A stretch of 64,000 nucleotides of DNA, taken from IMG/VR virus record IMGVR_UViG_3300035698_025354. One strand, given 5' to 3'. The translations under genes were made by a program, and so were the position numbers. The stretch is from a virus. Its lineage: Duplodnaviria > Heunggongvirae > Uroviricota > Caudoviricetes. The first letter of the stretch is position 1. Every line of letters begins with the position of its first letter. This document shows, piece after piece, positions 27,992-37,857 of this stretch. Below the pieces are notes generated by a model. That model saw nothing but the letters and a program-made list of their open reading frames with translations. It did not search any database and was not told the DNA's origin.

Positions 27992-28429
27992 ATGAAAGAT
28001 AATTTACGAAAATTACCTGGTTTTGAAAATATTGATTATACACAAGTAAATAGCCCGACTATTTTTAGCAGATCAGGAAGATGCTTGGGATGTAAGTCCT
28101 ATGTATTTTCTAAAACTGGATTTCTTGATTTTTTAAATCATGATAATGTTTATATTTGTCAATGGGAAGAACGTGACCCAGACATATTTTTTGTGAGAGG
28201 TGTTATTGATGTAGAATTATTATCAAACGTTGTTCAAAATATTAAGATCTCTAATATGAAATTTAGAGAAATTGATTTTATTCCATATAAAGATGTTGAC
28301 TTTCGTTTGAACACAGAAACATTGCAAGATTTAAAAATTTATGGCAGGGATGAAATTGTGCGGCAAATTGGCGAACACATTGTCCAAGCATTTGAAAAAT
28401 CACAATCATTAGTTGACGCGACCAATTAA
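27992..28429 (+). CDS. Hypothetical protein
   Basis: 145-aa ORF after an AGGAG RBS. Confidence 0.8.
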   Translation: MKDNLRKLPGFENIDYTQVNSPTIFSRSGRCLGCKSYVFSKTGFLDFLNHDNVYICQWEERDPDIFFVRGVIDVELLSNVVQNIKISNMKFREIDFIPYKDVDFRLNTETLQDLKIYGRDEIVRQIGEHIVQAFEKSQSLVDATN

Positions 28430-28478
28430 GTATTATTGTTTGGAAAACATACAGTACATATGATAGGAAAATTACTGT

Positions 28479-30773
28479 ATGTCTAATGATTGCTCGATTA
28501 CAACACAAAATTTGCCCAAAACGGGGGTTGACGGGCAAGAAATATGCGACAGATATGGCAGCAGATGGGTATACGATTCAGGCAGTAAAGCTTGGCTATC
28601 AAAGGGAACAATATCTGTTCCACCAATAGTATCTGAAAATAATAATGGTCTTATATCAACAGATATTTTTGAAAAATTGCTAAAACTTAAGCAATTTATA
28701 AATGGTGATGTAAGTAATGTAACACCATTTAAATTATTGCCTAACACCGAAGCATATTGGTATTATTTTCGCACAAGTGATAAATTATTTAGATTTAGGC
28801 AAGAAGGGCCAGATACTCTTAGGATAGAAATAGACAAAGGCAGAATCTTCCAGATCCTGATGAAACAAATATGTCCCGGAAGAAAGGGACTGCAGGGGCC
28901 ACAAGGTGATAAGGGGAATCCTGGGAATCTTGGACATGCTGAACAGTGTTATCAACCATCTGTGGATGGCGATAAATTAGATTTTGCTATTTTTACACCT
29001 ACTCCGTTGGCTATTGACGGTTCGGTATTATTACCAAATGATCATGTCCCAGAGATTTCTGTTAGGTTGTTTAAAGTTTTTGGGTCTTCACAATCTGTTG
29101 ATTTACATGTCGAAGATCAACTAAATGCTCTTGCGATATATTTTAAAAAATTTGATAAATCAGACCCAAATATTCCAAAGTTTGAAAGAACAAGACAATT
29201 ATTGATCAATCAAAATATTTCTAATCAGGCGGTTGGTTCTTGTGATATGCCGTTGAGTGAGATTTTGGTTCTTGGGTCTGGGTCTTCTGTAAATGCTTCA
29301 CCTGATGTTACTATTAATATTAGTCCAGCTAATGCTAATAATGTGACTGTTGACTTTGATTCTGATATTCCCATCGACAGGAACCGCACATTACAATCTA
29401 TTACGTTCGATTCTGAGACCAATATTGTTTGTGGTAGTGTTTATCTTGAATCTGGGAATTCTTGGAGTGGGTCTTGGTGTGTTAAATCTAGGCAGAAGGG
29501 TCCAGATGGCCCAGATGGCGACCCCGGTGAGTGTACTATTAAAGTTGTTGAGTGCACGATAGATGATACTAATATTTTAGCTACATGTCCTATTGTTAAT
29601 GTTCGTGCTGATTGCGATTTGGACATTATCTATACTTTGTGTGCGGATGTTATTGATGAGTTTTGTGTTGATTCTATTCAACTTGTTGCTGGGTCTGGGG
29701 TTCTTGCTGATACTAATAGTTTTAAGAGTGTTTTTGCGTCTGCACAGGTAACACTTGATGAATGTAAGAGGATTAATCGTTATGAAGTTGATTTACCGGA
29801 TGATGAGGTTCCTGAATTAGATCTTGTCCACTGGGACCCTCAGCCGGGGTGCTTTTCTAGGAGACATTATGACAGGCATAAGTTCGATTGGATTCCACAT
29901 ACTGATATCCCGGCTTGTGATGCTACGGCAACATGGTTTGGGGTTAATTCAGCTAAAGCTGGTAAATATCCGTATGGGCTCATTATTGCACCTGAGCCTC
30001 CTGAGGACGAGTGTTGTCAAGATGATTTTTTCTATTGTCCTAATGTTCAAAACGCACCGTGTGACGGAGAGACACCGCCGCCTCCGCCGCCTCCTCCACC
30101 TCCACCTCCACCGCCGCCTCCACCGCCACCGCCGCCGCCTCCTCCACCGCCGCCGCCTCCCCCACCGGTCCCGCCCCCGTCATGTTTAGTCGGGGACACG
30201 CCGATCGATGTGCCTGGTGGGACAATATTTATATCAAATATCAAAACCGGTGATAAGATTATCGGTAAAAACGGGATTGGTATAGTTGAGAAAATTATAT
30301 CAAGTAACGTAGAATTTACATTGAAAATTGTTATTGGCAATGTAATAATCGAATGTTCGGATTCTCACCCGTTTGCGGTGTTTGGCAAAACATCTGATTT
30401 CACGGATGAATCACAATTTGCGATAGCTCGTAATTTATCTATTGGGGACCAATTGATTGGTCCAAATGGCTATCATAAAATCGATGATATAATTATTGTT
30501 AATGAACCAAATACTGTCTATAATATGACAGTATCTGATATGCATAATTATATCAGTAATGGCGTATTTAGTCATAATAAGGATGAACCTCCGCCACCGC
30601 CTACGCCACCGCCTACGCCGCCGCCTACGCCGCCACCTACGCCTCCGCCACCACCATCCCCAGTCGCGGTGGCTTCTAAGTCTGCAAGTGACGTACATAC
30701 TAATTCAAAGACTATTGGTAGTAGTCACTCTGATTTTGATCAGGGAAGTAGACGTTGGAATATTAAGACTTAG
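28479..30773 (+). CDS. Collagen-repeat, polyproline, Hint-domain protein (probable virion fibre/surface protein)
   Basis: G-X-Y runs (GRKGLQGPQGDKGNPGNLG; KGPDGPDGDPGE), 31 consecutive Pro (30075-30167), Hint domain CLVGDT...SDSHP...VYNMTV...NGVFSHN (30183-30578), then (PPPT) repeats. Confidence 0.88.
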   Translation: MSNDCSITTQNLPKTGVDGQEICDRYGSRWVYDSGSKAWLSKGTISVPPIVSENNNGLISTDIFEKLLKLKQFINGDVSNVTPFKLLPNTEAYWYYFRTSDKLFRFRQEGPDTLRIEIDKGRIFQILMKQICPGRKGLQGPQGDKGNPGNLGHAEQCYQPSVDGDKLDFAIFTPTPLAIDGSVLLPNDHVPEISVRLFKVFGSSQSVDLHVEDQLNALAIYFKKFDKSDPNIPKFERTRQLLINQNISNQAVGSCDMPLSEILVLGSGSSVNASPDVTINISPANANNVTVDFDSDIPIDRNRTLQSITFDSETNIVCGSVYLESGNSWSGSWCVKSRQKGPDGPDGDPGECTIKVVECTIDDTNILATCPIVNVRADCDLDIIYTLCADVIDEFCVDSIQLVAGSGVLADTNSFKSVFASAQVTLDECKRINRYEVDLPDDEVPELDLVHWDPQPGCFSRRHYDRHKFDWIPHTDIPACDATATWFGVNSAKAGKYPYGLIIAPEPPEDECCQDDFFYCPNVQNAPCDGETPPPPPPPPPPPPPPPPPPPPPPPPPPPPPPPVPPPSCLVGDTPIDVPGGTIFISNIKTGDKIIGKNGIGIVEKIISSNVEFTLKIVIGNVIIECSDSHPFAVFGKTSDFTDESQFAIARNLSIGDQLIGPNGYHKIDDIIIVNEPNTVYNMTVSDMHNYISNGVFSHNKDEPPPPPTPPPTPPPTPPPTPPPPPSPVAVASKSASDVHTNSKTIGSSHSDFDQGSRRWNIKT
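30075..30179 (+). repeat. CCN codon run encoding Pro31-Val-Pro3
   Basis: Read directly; mixed CCG/CCT/CCA/CCC codons. Confidence 0.95.
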
Positions 30774-30783
30774 GTTATTTGTT

Positions 30784-32190
30784 ATGATATCGATAATTAT
30801 TTATCTTACCGACGCTAAATATATAGATTTAACAATAAATGACATAATTGATAAAACACCTTATGGGTCATTTGAGATTATAATTTGTGATGATCATGCT
30901 GGTGATTATGAATGTGAGAATGACGCAGTGCGGGTTTTATCAACGGATGGTGTTGGTAGATCAATAGCATTAAATTCTGCTGCGAAGATATGTGGCGGTA
31001 ATAAGTTAATATTTATTAATCAGAATACTAAGGTATCGGCTAATTGGTCGGAACCGTTGATTGATACGCTTGACTCGGATGATAAAGTCATCGCTAGTCC
31101 GGTGATTTGTGATTTGGATATTAATCTTTGGGCTTCCGGTGATATGATTTTTAGGAGGTTTGGTTGGAGGTGGGATTTTAGCCTATATAATAGACAGTCT
31201 GGTGATAAATATTCTCCAGGCGTTTCTCAGTTTTGTCTTGCTATTAATAAGGATTGGTTTACTGATCTTGGCGGCTTTGATTGTGGTATGATTAGTGGTG
31301 ATGGTTGTTATCTTGAGATGTCTATTAGGTGTTGGTTGTGTGGTGGATCTGTTGTTGTGTTAGATGAGTCTGTTATCGCCACCTCTATTGTTGTGGATGA
31401 ATCGGTGACTAATCTTGCTAGGATTGTTGAGGTTTGGTTTCCTGCTTTTGCCAATTATTTTTATAAGTCACGTGGATTGAATATTTCTGATGTTGATGTT
31501 GGTCGTTTGGAGGAGTTGCTTTCTTTTCAGCAGAAGCAACAGATTACTGCTAATATGTTTTTAAGTTCCAGAATGCCTGAGCTTTTGGGGATTTTTGATT
31601 TATATAATTCAGCTGCTGGTAAATCTATTGCTATTGTGGCTGATGGTTCTTCAATTGATGAAATTAATCGTGCTTTTATTTATAGACATGATTTTGTTAT
31701 TGGTGCTGATTATATTTCTAAAGTTTTTGATTGTGATTATGTTGTGACACATGATATTGATGTGGTTACTCAATTGCGTGATAAATATACTGATGAGCAG
31801 TTTGTTTTACCGTTTATGATGAAGAATAGGATGGCTGGGGTTTATTCAAAGGCCGACGAGGTTTGTTCTGGTTCTGTCCAATTTGAACTTGGTACTGAAA
31901 ATTCCGTTCAAGGTTCAATTTTTCCTCCGTTTACGAATTTTGATAATTCTATACATTCTGCTGTGCATTTTGCTTTGTTTCTTGGATCGAGTGATATTAC
32001 ATTATTTGGGTGTGATAATAAGATTGTGGGTGATAAATATTATTCTACAAATATAGAATATTATAAGAATAATATGGTCGATTCTGAAGCCACTAGAAGA
32101 AAACTTGCGGCTTATGAGTATGGTCTTGATTCTTTGGGTAAATTAGCTAATAAGAATAACTCCAAGATATTGAGGATGAATTATTTATGA
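30784..32190 (+). CDS. GT-A glycosyltransferase (ppGalNAc-T/GT27-like, degenerate) fused to a DUF115/MptE-like domain
   Basis: True start is likely ATG 30784; the track start at 30559 lies inside the upstream gene. EIIICDD, ASPVICDLD, LGGFDCGM, LEMSIRCWLCGG; C-terminal IAIVADGSS...HFALFLG.SDITLFGCD. Confidence 0.75.
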   Translation: MISIIIYLTDAKYIDLTINDIIDKTPYGSFEIIICDDHAGDYECENDAVRVLSTDGVGRSIALNSAAKICGGNKLIFINQNTKVSANWSEPLIDTLDSDDKVIASPVICDLDINLWASGDMIFRRFGWRWDFSLYNRQSGDKYSPGVSQFCLAINKDWFTDLGGFDCGMISGDGCYLEMSIRCWLCGGSVVVLDESVIATSIVVDESVTNLARIVEVWFPAFANYFYKSRGLNISDVDVGRLEELLSFQQKQQITANMFLSSRMPELLGIFDLYNSAAGKSIAIVADGSSIDEINRAFIYRHDFVIGADYISKVFDCDYVVTHDIDVVTQLRDKYTDEQFVLPFMMKNRMAGVYSKADEVCSGSVQFELGTENSVQGSIFPPFTNFDNSIHSAVHFALFLGSSDITLFGCDNKIVGDKYYSTNIEYYKNNMVDSEATRRKLAAYEYGLDSLGKLANKNNSKILRMNYL

Positions 32191-32465
32191 TTGATTTTAC
32201 TTTAAGCATGCTTTTGTTTACATCTTCATTGTTTTTGTGTGTGCTGATGTGTAATGTTACAAGGGTTGTTGCGGCTATTGAACGATATGTTGATTCTTCG
32301 AGAAATATTAATAATTTTTCAAAAAGCAATGGATCATCGGCTGTGGAAAAATCACCTGATTATAAAAATAATAAGGTTTGTCCCTCTGATGTCCCTGAGA
32401 TTCCGCCTGAGGTTTTGGTCCCTCAATTAGGAACTTCTCATAAGGGTTTTGGTCGTAATGTATGA
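32187..32465 (+). CDS. Small membrane-anchored protein
   Basis: N-terminal hydrophobic helix; ATGA overlap with the upstream stop. Confidence 0.7.
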   Translation: MIDFTLSMLLFTSSLFLCVLMCNVTRVVAAIERYVDSSRNINNFSKSNGSSAVEKSPDYKNNKVCPSDVPEIPPEVLVPQLGTSHKGFGRNV

Positions 32466-32731
32466 GACATGGTCCATTACATAAATTATTTAAAAACACT
32501 AAAGCACATGGTATGTTACACCAATTTAGCCAAGACATACGAGTAAATAAAAGTGTTGTTGTTGGTGATGGGAAAATAGTTGTTAGTAAGAGGGTTGTTG
32601 ATTTAGAATCTAAAATAAAACCAGTTCCGAAAAAATTCAATGAATTATCAGAGCCAGAATTATCAGAGCCAGAATTATCAGAATTTAATGTGTATAAATT
32701 AGGTGAAATTTTCACAGGCAGGAGAATTAAG

Positions 32732-33829
32732 ATGAAAAATTTAGGAATCGACATTGGCACAAAAACAATTGTAGTGGCTTTTCGAAATGATAAAGAAAAG
32801 ATCGATTACATTCATGAGATTAATGGTTATTGGCCATTTGAACGAGCGTCAAAATTTATTAAAAATATGCTAGATGATCCGAATAAAGTAAGATCCGATG
32901 GGACAAAAAGATCTGCTAGATGGATAGATATCAATGACCAAGTAATAGTAATTGGCAGGGACGCAGAGGAATTTGCATATTCTAAAAATGACACGCTTTT
33001 AAGACCGATGGCCGATGGTGGTATTAGTTCTGACGAAGAAGCGATGACTGTTCTTGCGACAATTGTTCAAGGTCTCATTGAAATGTCTGAAAATGAGATA
33101 GGTGAATTCGGTGACGAAGTGAAAATTTGTTATTGCACTACTGCTCCAGCGATCAATAAAGAATCTAATATTGAATACCACGAGCGTGTTGTTAATTTAA
33201 TTATTGACAATTATAAAACAGAATCCAAAATTTATAGAAGTAATATTAAGGAATCTCACGCTATTGTCCTTGACATGGATGAAGCTGGTGATGGCACTGG
33301 TATTGGTGTTTCCTGGGGTGCTGGTACTGTTACTGTTAGTTATGTTAAATATGGTGTCGAAATTTATTCGTTCTGTTATGTTGGTGCTGGTGACTGGATT
33401 GATATTGAAGTTGCTAGACGTCATGGATATGATGAAGATACATCTAAGACTCGCAAGAAAAAAGCCTCCGAAACACCAACGACAGTGTCAAAACGTAAAA
33501 TGACGATTGACTTGACTGAAAAGAATAAACCAACAGACAGAGTTGGCATTGATATTGCTTTGCATTACGAAGTTCTTGTAAGTAGGGTTATTGACGGCAT
33601 TGTTTCCGGATTTAAGGAAAATGAGGCTGAAGCCCGCATTGAAGAAGATATTAATATTTATATGGCTGGGGGTACAAGTTCTCCAAATGGATTTGTAGAA
33701 CTTGTAAAGAAAAAATTCGATGAACTTGATGTGCCATTTACAATTGGTTCAATTAATAAGTCGGATAAGCCACTATATAGTGTTGCTGCTGGTTGTTTAA
33801 AGGCAGCAGAGTATGGAATAACTGATTAA
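32732..33829 (+). CDS. Actin-like ATPase (MreB/ParM/MamK superfamily)
   Basis: LGIDIGTKT (phosphate 1), IGVSWGAGTV (phosphate 2), GAGDWID, IYMAGGTS (adenosine), PLYSVAAG. GGAG RBS before ATG 32732; in-frame upstream extension to 32462 is possible. Confidence 0.85.
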   Translation: MKNLGIDIGTKTIVVAFRNDKEKIDYIHEINGYWPFERASKFIKNMLDDPNKVRSDGTKRSARWIDINDQVIVIGRDAEEFAYSKNDTLLRPMADGGISSDEEAMTVLATIVQGLIEMSENEIGEFGDEVKICYCTTAPAINKESNIEYHERVVNLIIDNYKTESKIYRSNIKESHAIVLDMDEAGDGTGIGVSWGAGTVTVSYVKYGVEIYSFCYVGAGDWIDIEVARRHGYDEDTSKTRKKKASETPTTVSKRKMTIDLTEKNKPTDRVGIDIALHYEVLVSRVIDGIVSGFKENEAEARIEEDINIYMAGGTSSPNGFVELVKKKFDELDVPFTIGSINKSDKPLYSVAAGCLKAAEYGITD

Positions 33830-34878
33830 AGATTAGAATTGTAAAACACAATCTTTTCATTGTCATTAAATGGTAAATCTAAAAGATCATGATAATAATA
33901 ATCTTTAAGGATTTCTGTTATTACTAACGTGCAGCTAAATAATTTATATGTTGAATTATGGACCATTGCTACATTATGGTCTAATTTGAATATTAGTTGA
34001 CCAAGCATTGAAGGCGAAACATCAGATAACATGCGAGATCTGAAAAATATATAATCTTTACATGATTCCCTTGCCGCTGTGTTTATGACGTTTAATTTAT
34101 TTTGTGCAATTCTCTTTTCTTGATTATCAATAGTCAACATAATATCTACTTTTTCATCAATAATGATTGTTTGCACTAATTCACTGAAATTTGTCGTCGA
34201 GATTCCTTTTGATTTTATATAATCAAATTCACCGAAGGTTTTGGACCTATTTGTCTTATGTGATCTTGCGTTATAATTTTTTGATTGTTTAAATGTTTCA
34301 CATTTTGTTTTTAGGATTTTTCTCCAATAATACCAATCTTCGTGATATGCTTGTGATGTTTGCGTGTGCGTGAAGGCGTCTGCCGCTATTATAACTTTTC
34401 TGTTTGTCACGCAACCAACATGTAAAAAATTTGTTTGTGATATTCGTTTGTTTGGTATGGATTTACTGAAGTTTGTTTTTTTGTCTGTGTCTCCGAAATA
34501 TTGTATGTCTGAATAGATAACTTCGGCTTGACTCTCTTGTATTGCTTGTATTGCTCCTTGAATATAATATCTATCTAATTTATCGTCAGCGTCTAAAAAA
34601 CAAATATAGTCTGATTTTGTTAATTCAAATCCTTTTTGTCTTGCTTTTAGTGGATTTTTGTCGCATATTTTGATGTAGTTAACACCATATCCCTTATATG
34701 AGTGCGTTATGTTTTTTGCCATTAAATCTTTTGGTGCGTCATCTACAACTAGTATTTCAGTTGGTGTTGTTGTTTGATTTAAGACACTTTCTATTGCTTC
34801 TCTTAGGTATTGCTCGTATTCATGGTTTGTGATAATCACAGCAATGGTTATTTGAGATTTTGGATTTATTAATAACAT
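33826..34878 (-). CDS. Glycosyltransferase family 2
   Basis: VIITNHEYEQYLREAIESVL.QT, ILVVDD, ICFLDADD, HEDW. Confidence 0.88.
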   Translation of the reverse strand: MLLINPKSQITIAVIITNHEYEQYLREAIESVLNQTTTPTEILVVDDAPKDLMAKNITHSYKGYGVNYIKICDKNPLKARQKGFELTKSDYICFLDADDKLDRYYIQGAIQAIQESQAEVIYSDIQYFGDTDKKTNFSKSIPNKRISQTNFLHVGCVTNRKVIIAADAFTHTQTSQAYHEDWYYWRKILKTKCETFKQSKNYNARSHKTNRSKTFGEFDYIKSKGISTTNFSELVQTIIIDEKVDIMLTIDNQEKRIAQNKLNVINTAARESCKDYIFFRSRMLSDVSPSMLGQLIFKLDHNVAMVHNSTYKLFSCTLVITEILKDYYYHDLLDLPFNDNEKIVFYNSNL

Positions 34879-35557
34879 GTCATCTCTTAATATTAAATAT
34901 GCTTCTGGTTTTACTGCTGCTTTTACAATTAATTCTCAGTTGTATTATATAAAAACTGGTCCTGATTTTCCCAAATTATATGATGAAAATTTGAAGAAAT
35001 TGATTATTCCGAACATGGATAGTTGGTTACAAGCTAATACGCGACAAAGATTTTCATACCAAACACTTACTGATATGATTAAAGCGTTTTCCGATGGTTT
35101 GGAACATAATTATACCAAGGATGACATTGTTAGAATATGTAACCATGTTTTTGATTTGTCTCGTGATTATATATTTAAAACTGAATATGCGAAAGATTAT
35201 GCTTCAATTTTTAAAATTGAATTAATGGATTCTAGACAAATTAAAAAATTAATTAGACAAATCAAAGAGAATTTTCAAAAATTTTGTGATAAATATGGAA
35301 AAGAAAAATTCCATTTATTTTTATGTAGGCTTTGGAAGTTTTGTAATTTAAATGACTTAAATAGTTCTATTATTGTTGAGGGGTTTATCACAAGGCTTGG
35401 TAAAGTGGTTCAAGATCCAATATATCCAACTGTTAATAATGAAGCTGACATTAAGCAGAAAATTGTTAATAATATTGTTGGCAGTGGGCATGCAAAATTT
35501 AAGGGTATTAATGATGTAATTATAAATAATGTTAGATTTGTAGAAGATGCACCATAA
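34877..35557 (+). CDS. Hypothetical protein
   Basis: 226-aa ORF; its start abuts the divergent gene. Confidence 0.75.
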   Translation: MSSLNIKYASGFTAAFTINSQLYYIKTGPDFPKLYDENLKKLIIPNMDSWLQANTRQRFSYQTLTDMIKAFSDGLEHNYTKDDIVRICNHVFDLSRDYIFKTEYAKDYASIFKIELMDSRQIKKLIRQIKENFQKFCDKYGKEKFHLFLCRLWKFCNLNDLNSSIIVEGFITRLGKVVQDPIYPTVNNEADIKQKIVNNIVGSGHAKFKGINDVIINNVRFVEDAP

Positions 35558-35574
35558 TTTAACTGATTGGTATC

Positions 35575-37017
35575 ATGAGTAATTTAGTCAAACCGGAAGA
35601 TTATAATGGCACTAAAGAATTTGCCCATCTCCATAATCATACTATATTTAGTGCATTAGATGGTGTCGCAACACCTGAACAATATGCAGAACAATGCCAT
35701 AAGTGGGGATATCCAGCCATGAGTGCTACGGAGCATGGCCATATGGCATCTGTTCCAGACATGCACTTTGCGTTTAAGAAGTATGGGTTAAAGTATATTT
35801 GTGGGTGTGAAATATACTTTAATGATTGGGAACCTGAAAGGCAAAGGCTTGAATCGAAAGGAATCAAAGTTAGATCAAAAGAATGGAGAATGAATAACTT
35901 TGAAGAATCAACTAGAATAAATCGCAATAGGCATCTTACAGTTTTATGTAAAAACGAAACCGGATTTCATAATTTAATTAAATTAACAACCCAAGCTTAT
36001 AGTAGTGGTTTGTTTGGTATGGGAAGATTGCAATTTAATAGAATTTGGTTCGATAAATTATGTGAATTTAAAGAAGGATTGATTATATTATCTGGATGTT
36101 TAAATGGCCCGGTTAGTCATGAATTGCGATATAGGACATTGCTTGACAGAGAGGGTAATGTTGTGCGGGAGAGATCGAAAAAAGCATCTGTGGATGATGC
36201 TGTTAATTATATTAAAAAATTCAAGAAGATATTTGGTGATGATTATTATATGGAATTGCAGATGCCTAGAATTCCTAAATCTGAATATGCACCAAGTGAT
36301 GTATATGTTTTTAAGGCTTTAATTTCTTTGGCAGATCATTTTGGCATTAAGACTGTTCTTGCTAATGATTGTCACTATTTAAGAAGAGAAGATTTTATAC
36401 TTCAAAAATTGATGATGGCTATTGCCCAAGACACTACTATTGATTCTCCAGATTTGTTTCATACAAATAGTGATGAACAGTTTATGAAATCTCGTGCCGA
36501 TCTTTGGGCTACGTTTAAGAATTTTGGCTATAGTGATGGGATTGATGATGGTGCTTTTGAATTGATGTGTGATAATACACTTGAAATAGCTGATAAGTGT
36601 GATGAATTTGATGTTGATACGTCTCCTAAAATTCCAAATATTGATGATGAGGATAGTGAACTTAGTAGTGTTGTGGCTAAGGAATTGAAAAGACGCGGAT
36701 TACATAAAAATACCAAAAAGTTCCTTATTGATGGTCGAGAAGTGACATATGTTGACCAAGCTAAAATTGAGCTTAATAGGTTTATCGATAAGGGATTTTC
36801 AAGCTATTTTTTGATTACTAGAGACCTTGTCAGATATGGCAAGGAGCAGGGTTGGCCATTTAGCCCAAGAGGTTCTGCTGGAGGATCTCTTGTTTGTTAT
36901 TTGATCGGCATTCATACTTTAGATCCTTTAGCGTGGAATTTATCATTTGATAGATTCTTATCACCTAGCCGTGGTGGATACATGCTTAATGTTAATATGC
37001 CGACTCCGGTTAATTAG
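35575..37017 (+). CDS. dnaE: DNA polymerase III alpha, N-terminal part (PHP domain plus start of the palm)
   Basis: HLHNHTIFSALDG, ATEHG, GCEIY, HLTVLCKN..G..NL, LSGCLNG, ANDCHY, RGSAGGSLVCYLIGI..LDP, FDRFL. Confidence 0.93.
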   Translation: MSNLVKPEDYNGTKEFAHLHNHTIFSALDGVATPEQYAEQCHKWGYPAMSATEHGHMASVPDMHFAFKKYGLKYICGCEIYFNDWEPERQRLESKGIKVRSKEWRMNNFEESTRINRNRHLTVLCKNETGFHNLIKLTTQAYSSGLFGMGRLQFNRIWFDKLCEFKEGLIILSGCLNGPVSHELRYRTLLDREGNVVRERSKKASVDDAVNYIKKFKKIFGDDYYMELQMPRIPKSEYAPSDVYVFKALISLADHFGIKTVLANDCHYLRREDFILQKLMMAIAQDTTIDSPDLFHTNSDEQFMKSRADLWATFKNFGYSDGIDDGAFELMCDNTLEIADKCDEFDVDTSPKIPNIDDEDSELSSVVAKELKRRGLHKNTKKFLIDGREVTYVDQAKIELNRFIDKGFSSYFLITRDLVRYGKEQGWPFSPRGSAGGSLVCYLIGIHTLDPLAWNLSFDRFLSPSRGGYMLNVNMPTPVN

Positions 37018-37025
37018 GATTTTTA

Positions 37026-37424
37026 ATGAATATGAAATACCTACCAGAACTTAAGCATTCTATTAATATGTATCTTCGCTTTGGTTTTGACGTTGAAAAA
37101 CTTGGCCGTTTTGCTATTAAATTTATAGACTTTTTGGAAGATGATGATGAACTTAGGGTTGACCTTGAAATGGCTAGAATGTCTTGGCAAATTGTGATTG
37201 AAATTATTACGACTTTATACGAGACGACTAATGCGGAAACAAAAACTGAGCATTTAGATACCATTATGAAAGCACTTGGTGCTGTGTCGACAAGTAAGAA
37301 TGCAGATCTACCAGATGAATATATATCTGGTAAAAACGCAGCGATTGCTGTTATGCTGAAAATGACTGATGAGTTGATTAATAAACCAGATCTTTTTGAT
37401 ATAAATGGAAAGTTATATGATTAG
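37026..37424 (+). CDS. Hypothetical helical protein
   Basis: 132-aa ORF between the dnaE halves. Confidence 0.75.
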   Translation: MNMKYLPELKHSINMYLRFGFDVEKLGRFAIKFIDFLEDDDELRVDLEMARMSWQIVIEIITTLYETTNAETKTEHLDTIMKALGAVSTSKNADLPDEYISGKNAAIAVMLKMTDELINKPDLFDINGKLYD

Positions 37425-37857
37425 AGCATATTGTGCTACTGTTAGTGATGAATCTGATGAGTTTTATGGTGGTGGAATAGTTCTTAGGCTTATTGATCAA
37501 TGGGATAGATGTGTTACAAGAGAATTTGGTGTTCCTTTTGGTGGTTCTGGAGATCGTTTATCTCAAATTCAGATCTTGAGATTTTGTTTGTCGTCAGTTA
37601 GGCCGGGTAATAGAGATTTTGAAACATTTGTTTATGTAGATAATGAATCTGTGATAGATGTTTTACTTGATAAATGTAATGATGGCGATGATTATTATAA
37701 AGAAATTCGTGAGTTAAAACAATGGTTTGGATATTATTCTAATCTTAAGATTAAAATTGAAGAAAATAATTCTGAGTATTTGATGAATAGAGCCAAGTCG
37801 TTGGCTTATAATGCCGCTAACACTCAAGAATATTTTGATAGTGAAAAAGATGGATGA
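37417..37857 (+). CDS. RNase HI-like fold protein with degenerate catalytic residues
   Basis: RAYCAT..GGGIVL, FVYVDNESVI, NRAKSLA align with the y.DG..G.G, v.tDS and N..AD.LA motifs; likely ATG at 37417. Confidence 0.5.
   Translation: MIRAYCATVSDESDEFYGGGIVLRLIDQWDRCVTREFGVPFGGSGDRLSQIQILRFCLSSVRPGNRDFETFVYVDNESVIDVLLDKCNDGDDYYKEIRELKQWFGYYSNLKIKIEENNSEYLMNRAKSLAYNAANTQEYFDSEKDG

Noticed and set aside
30183-30578. Canonical protein-splicing intein
   Set aside because: The residue after the terminal His-Asn is Lys, not Cys/Ser/Thr, and there is no endonuclease domain; treated as a BIL/Hint domain.
30559-30783. N-terminal Arg-rich extension of the GT gene, as given in the track
   Set aside because: It is an alternate-frame read of the upstream proline codons; ATG 30784 gives a normal GT-A start.
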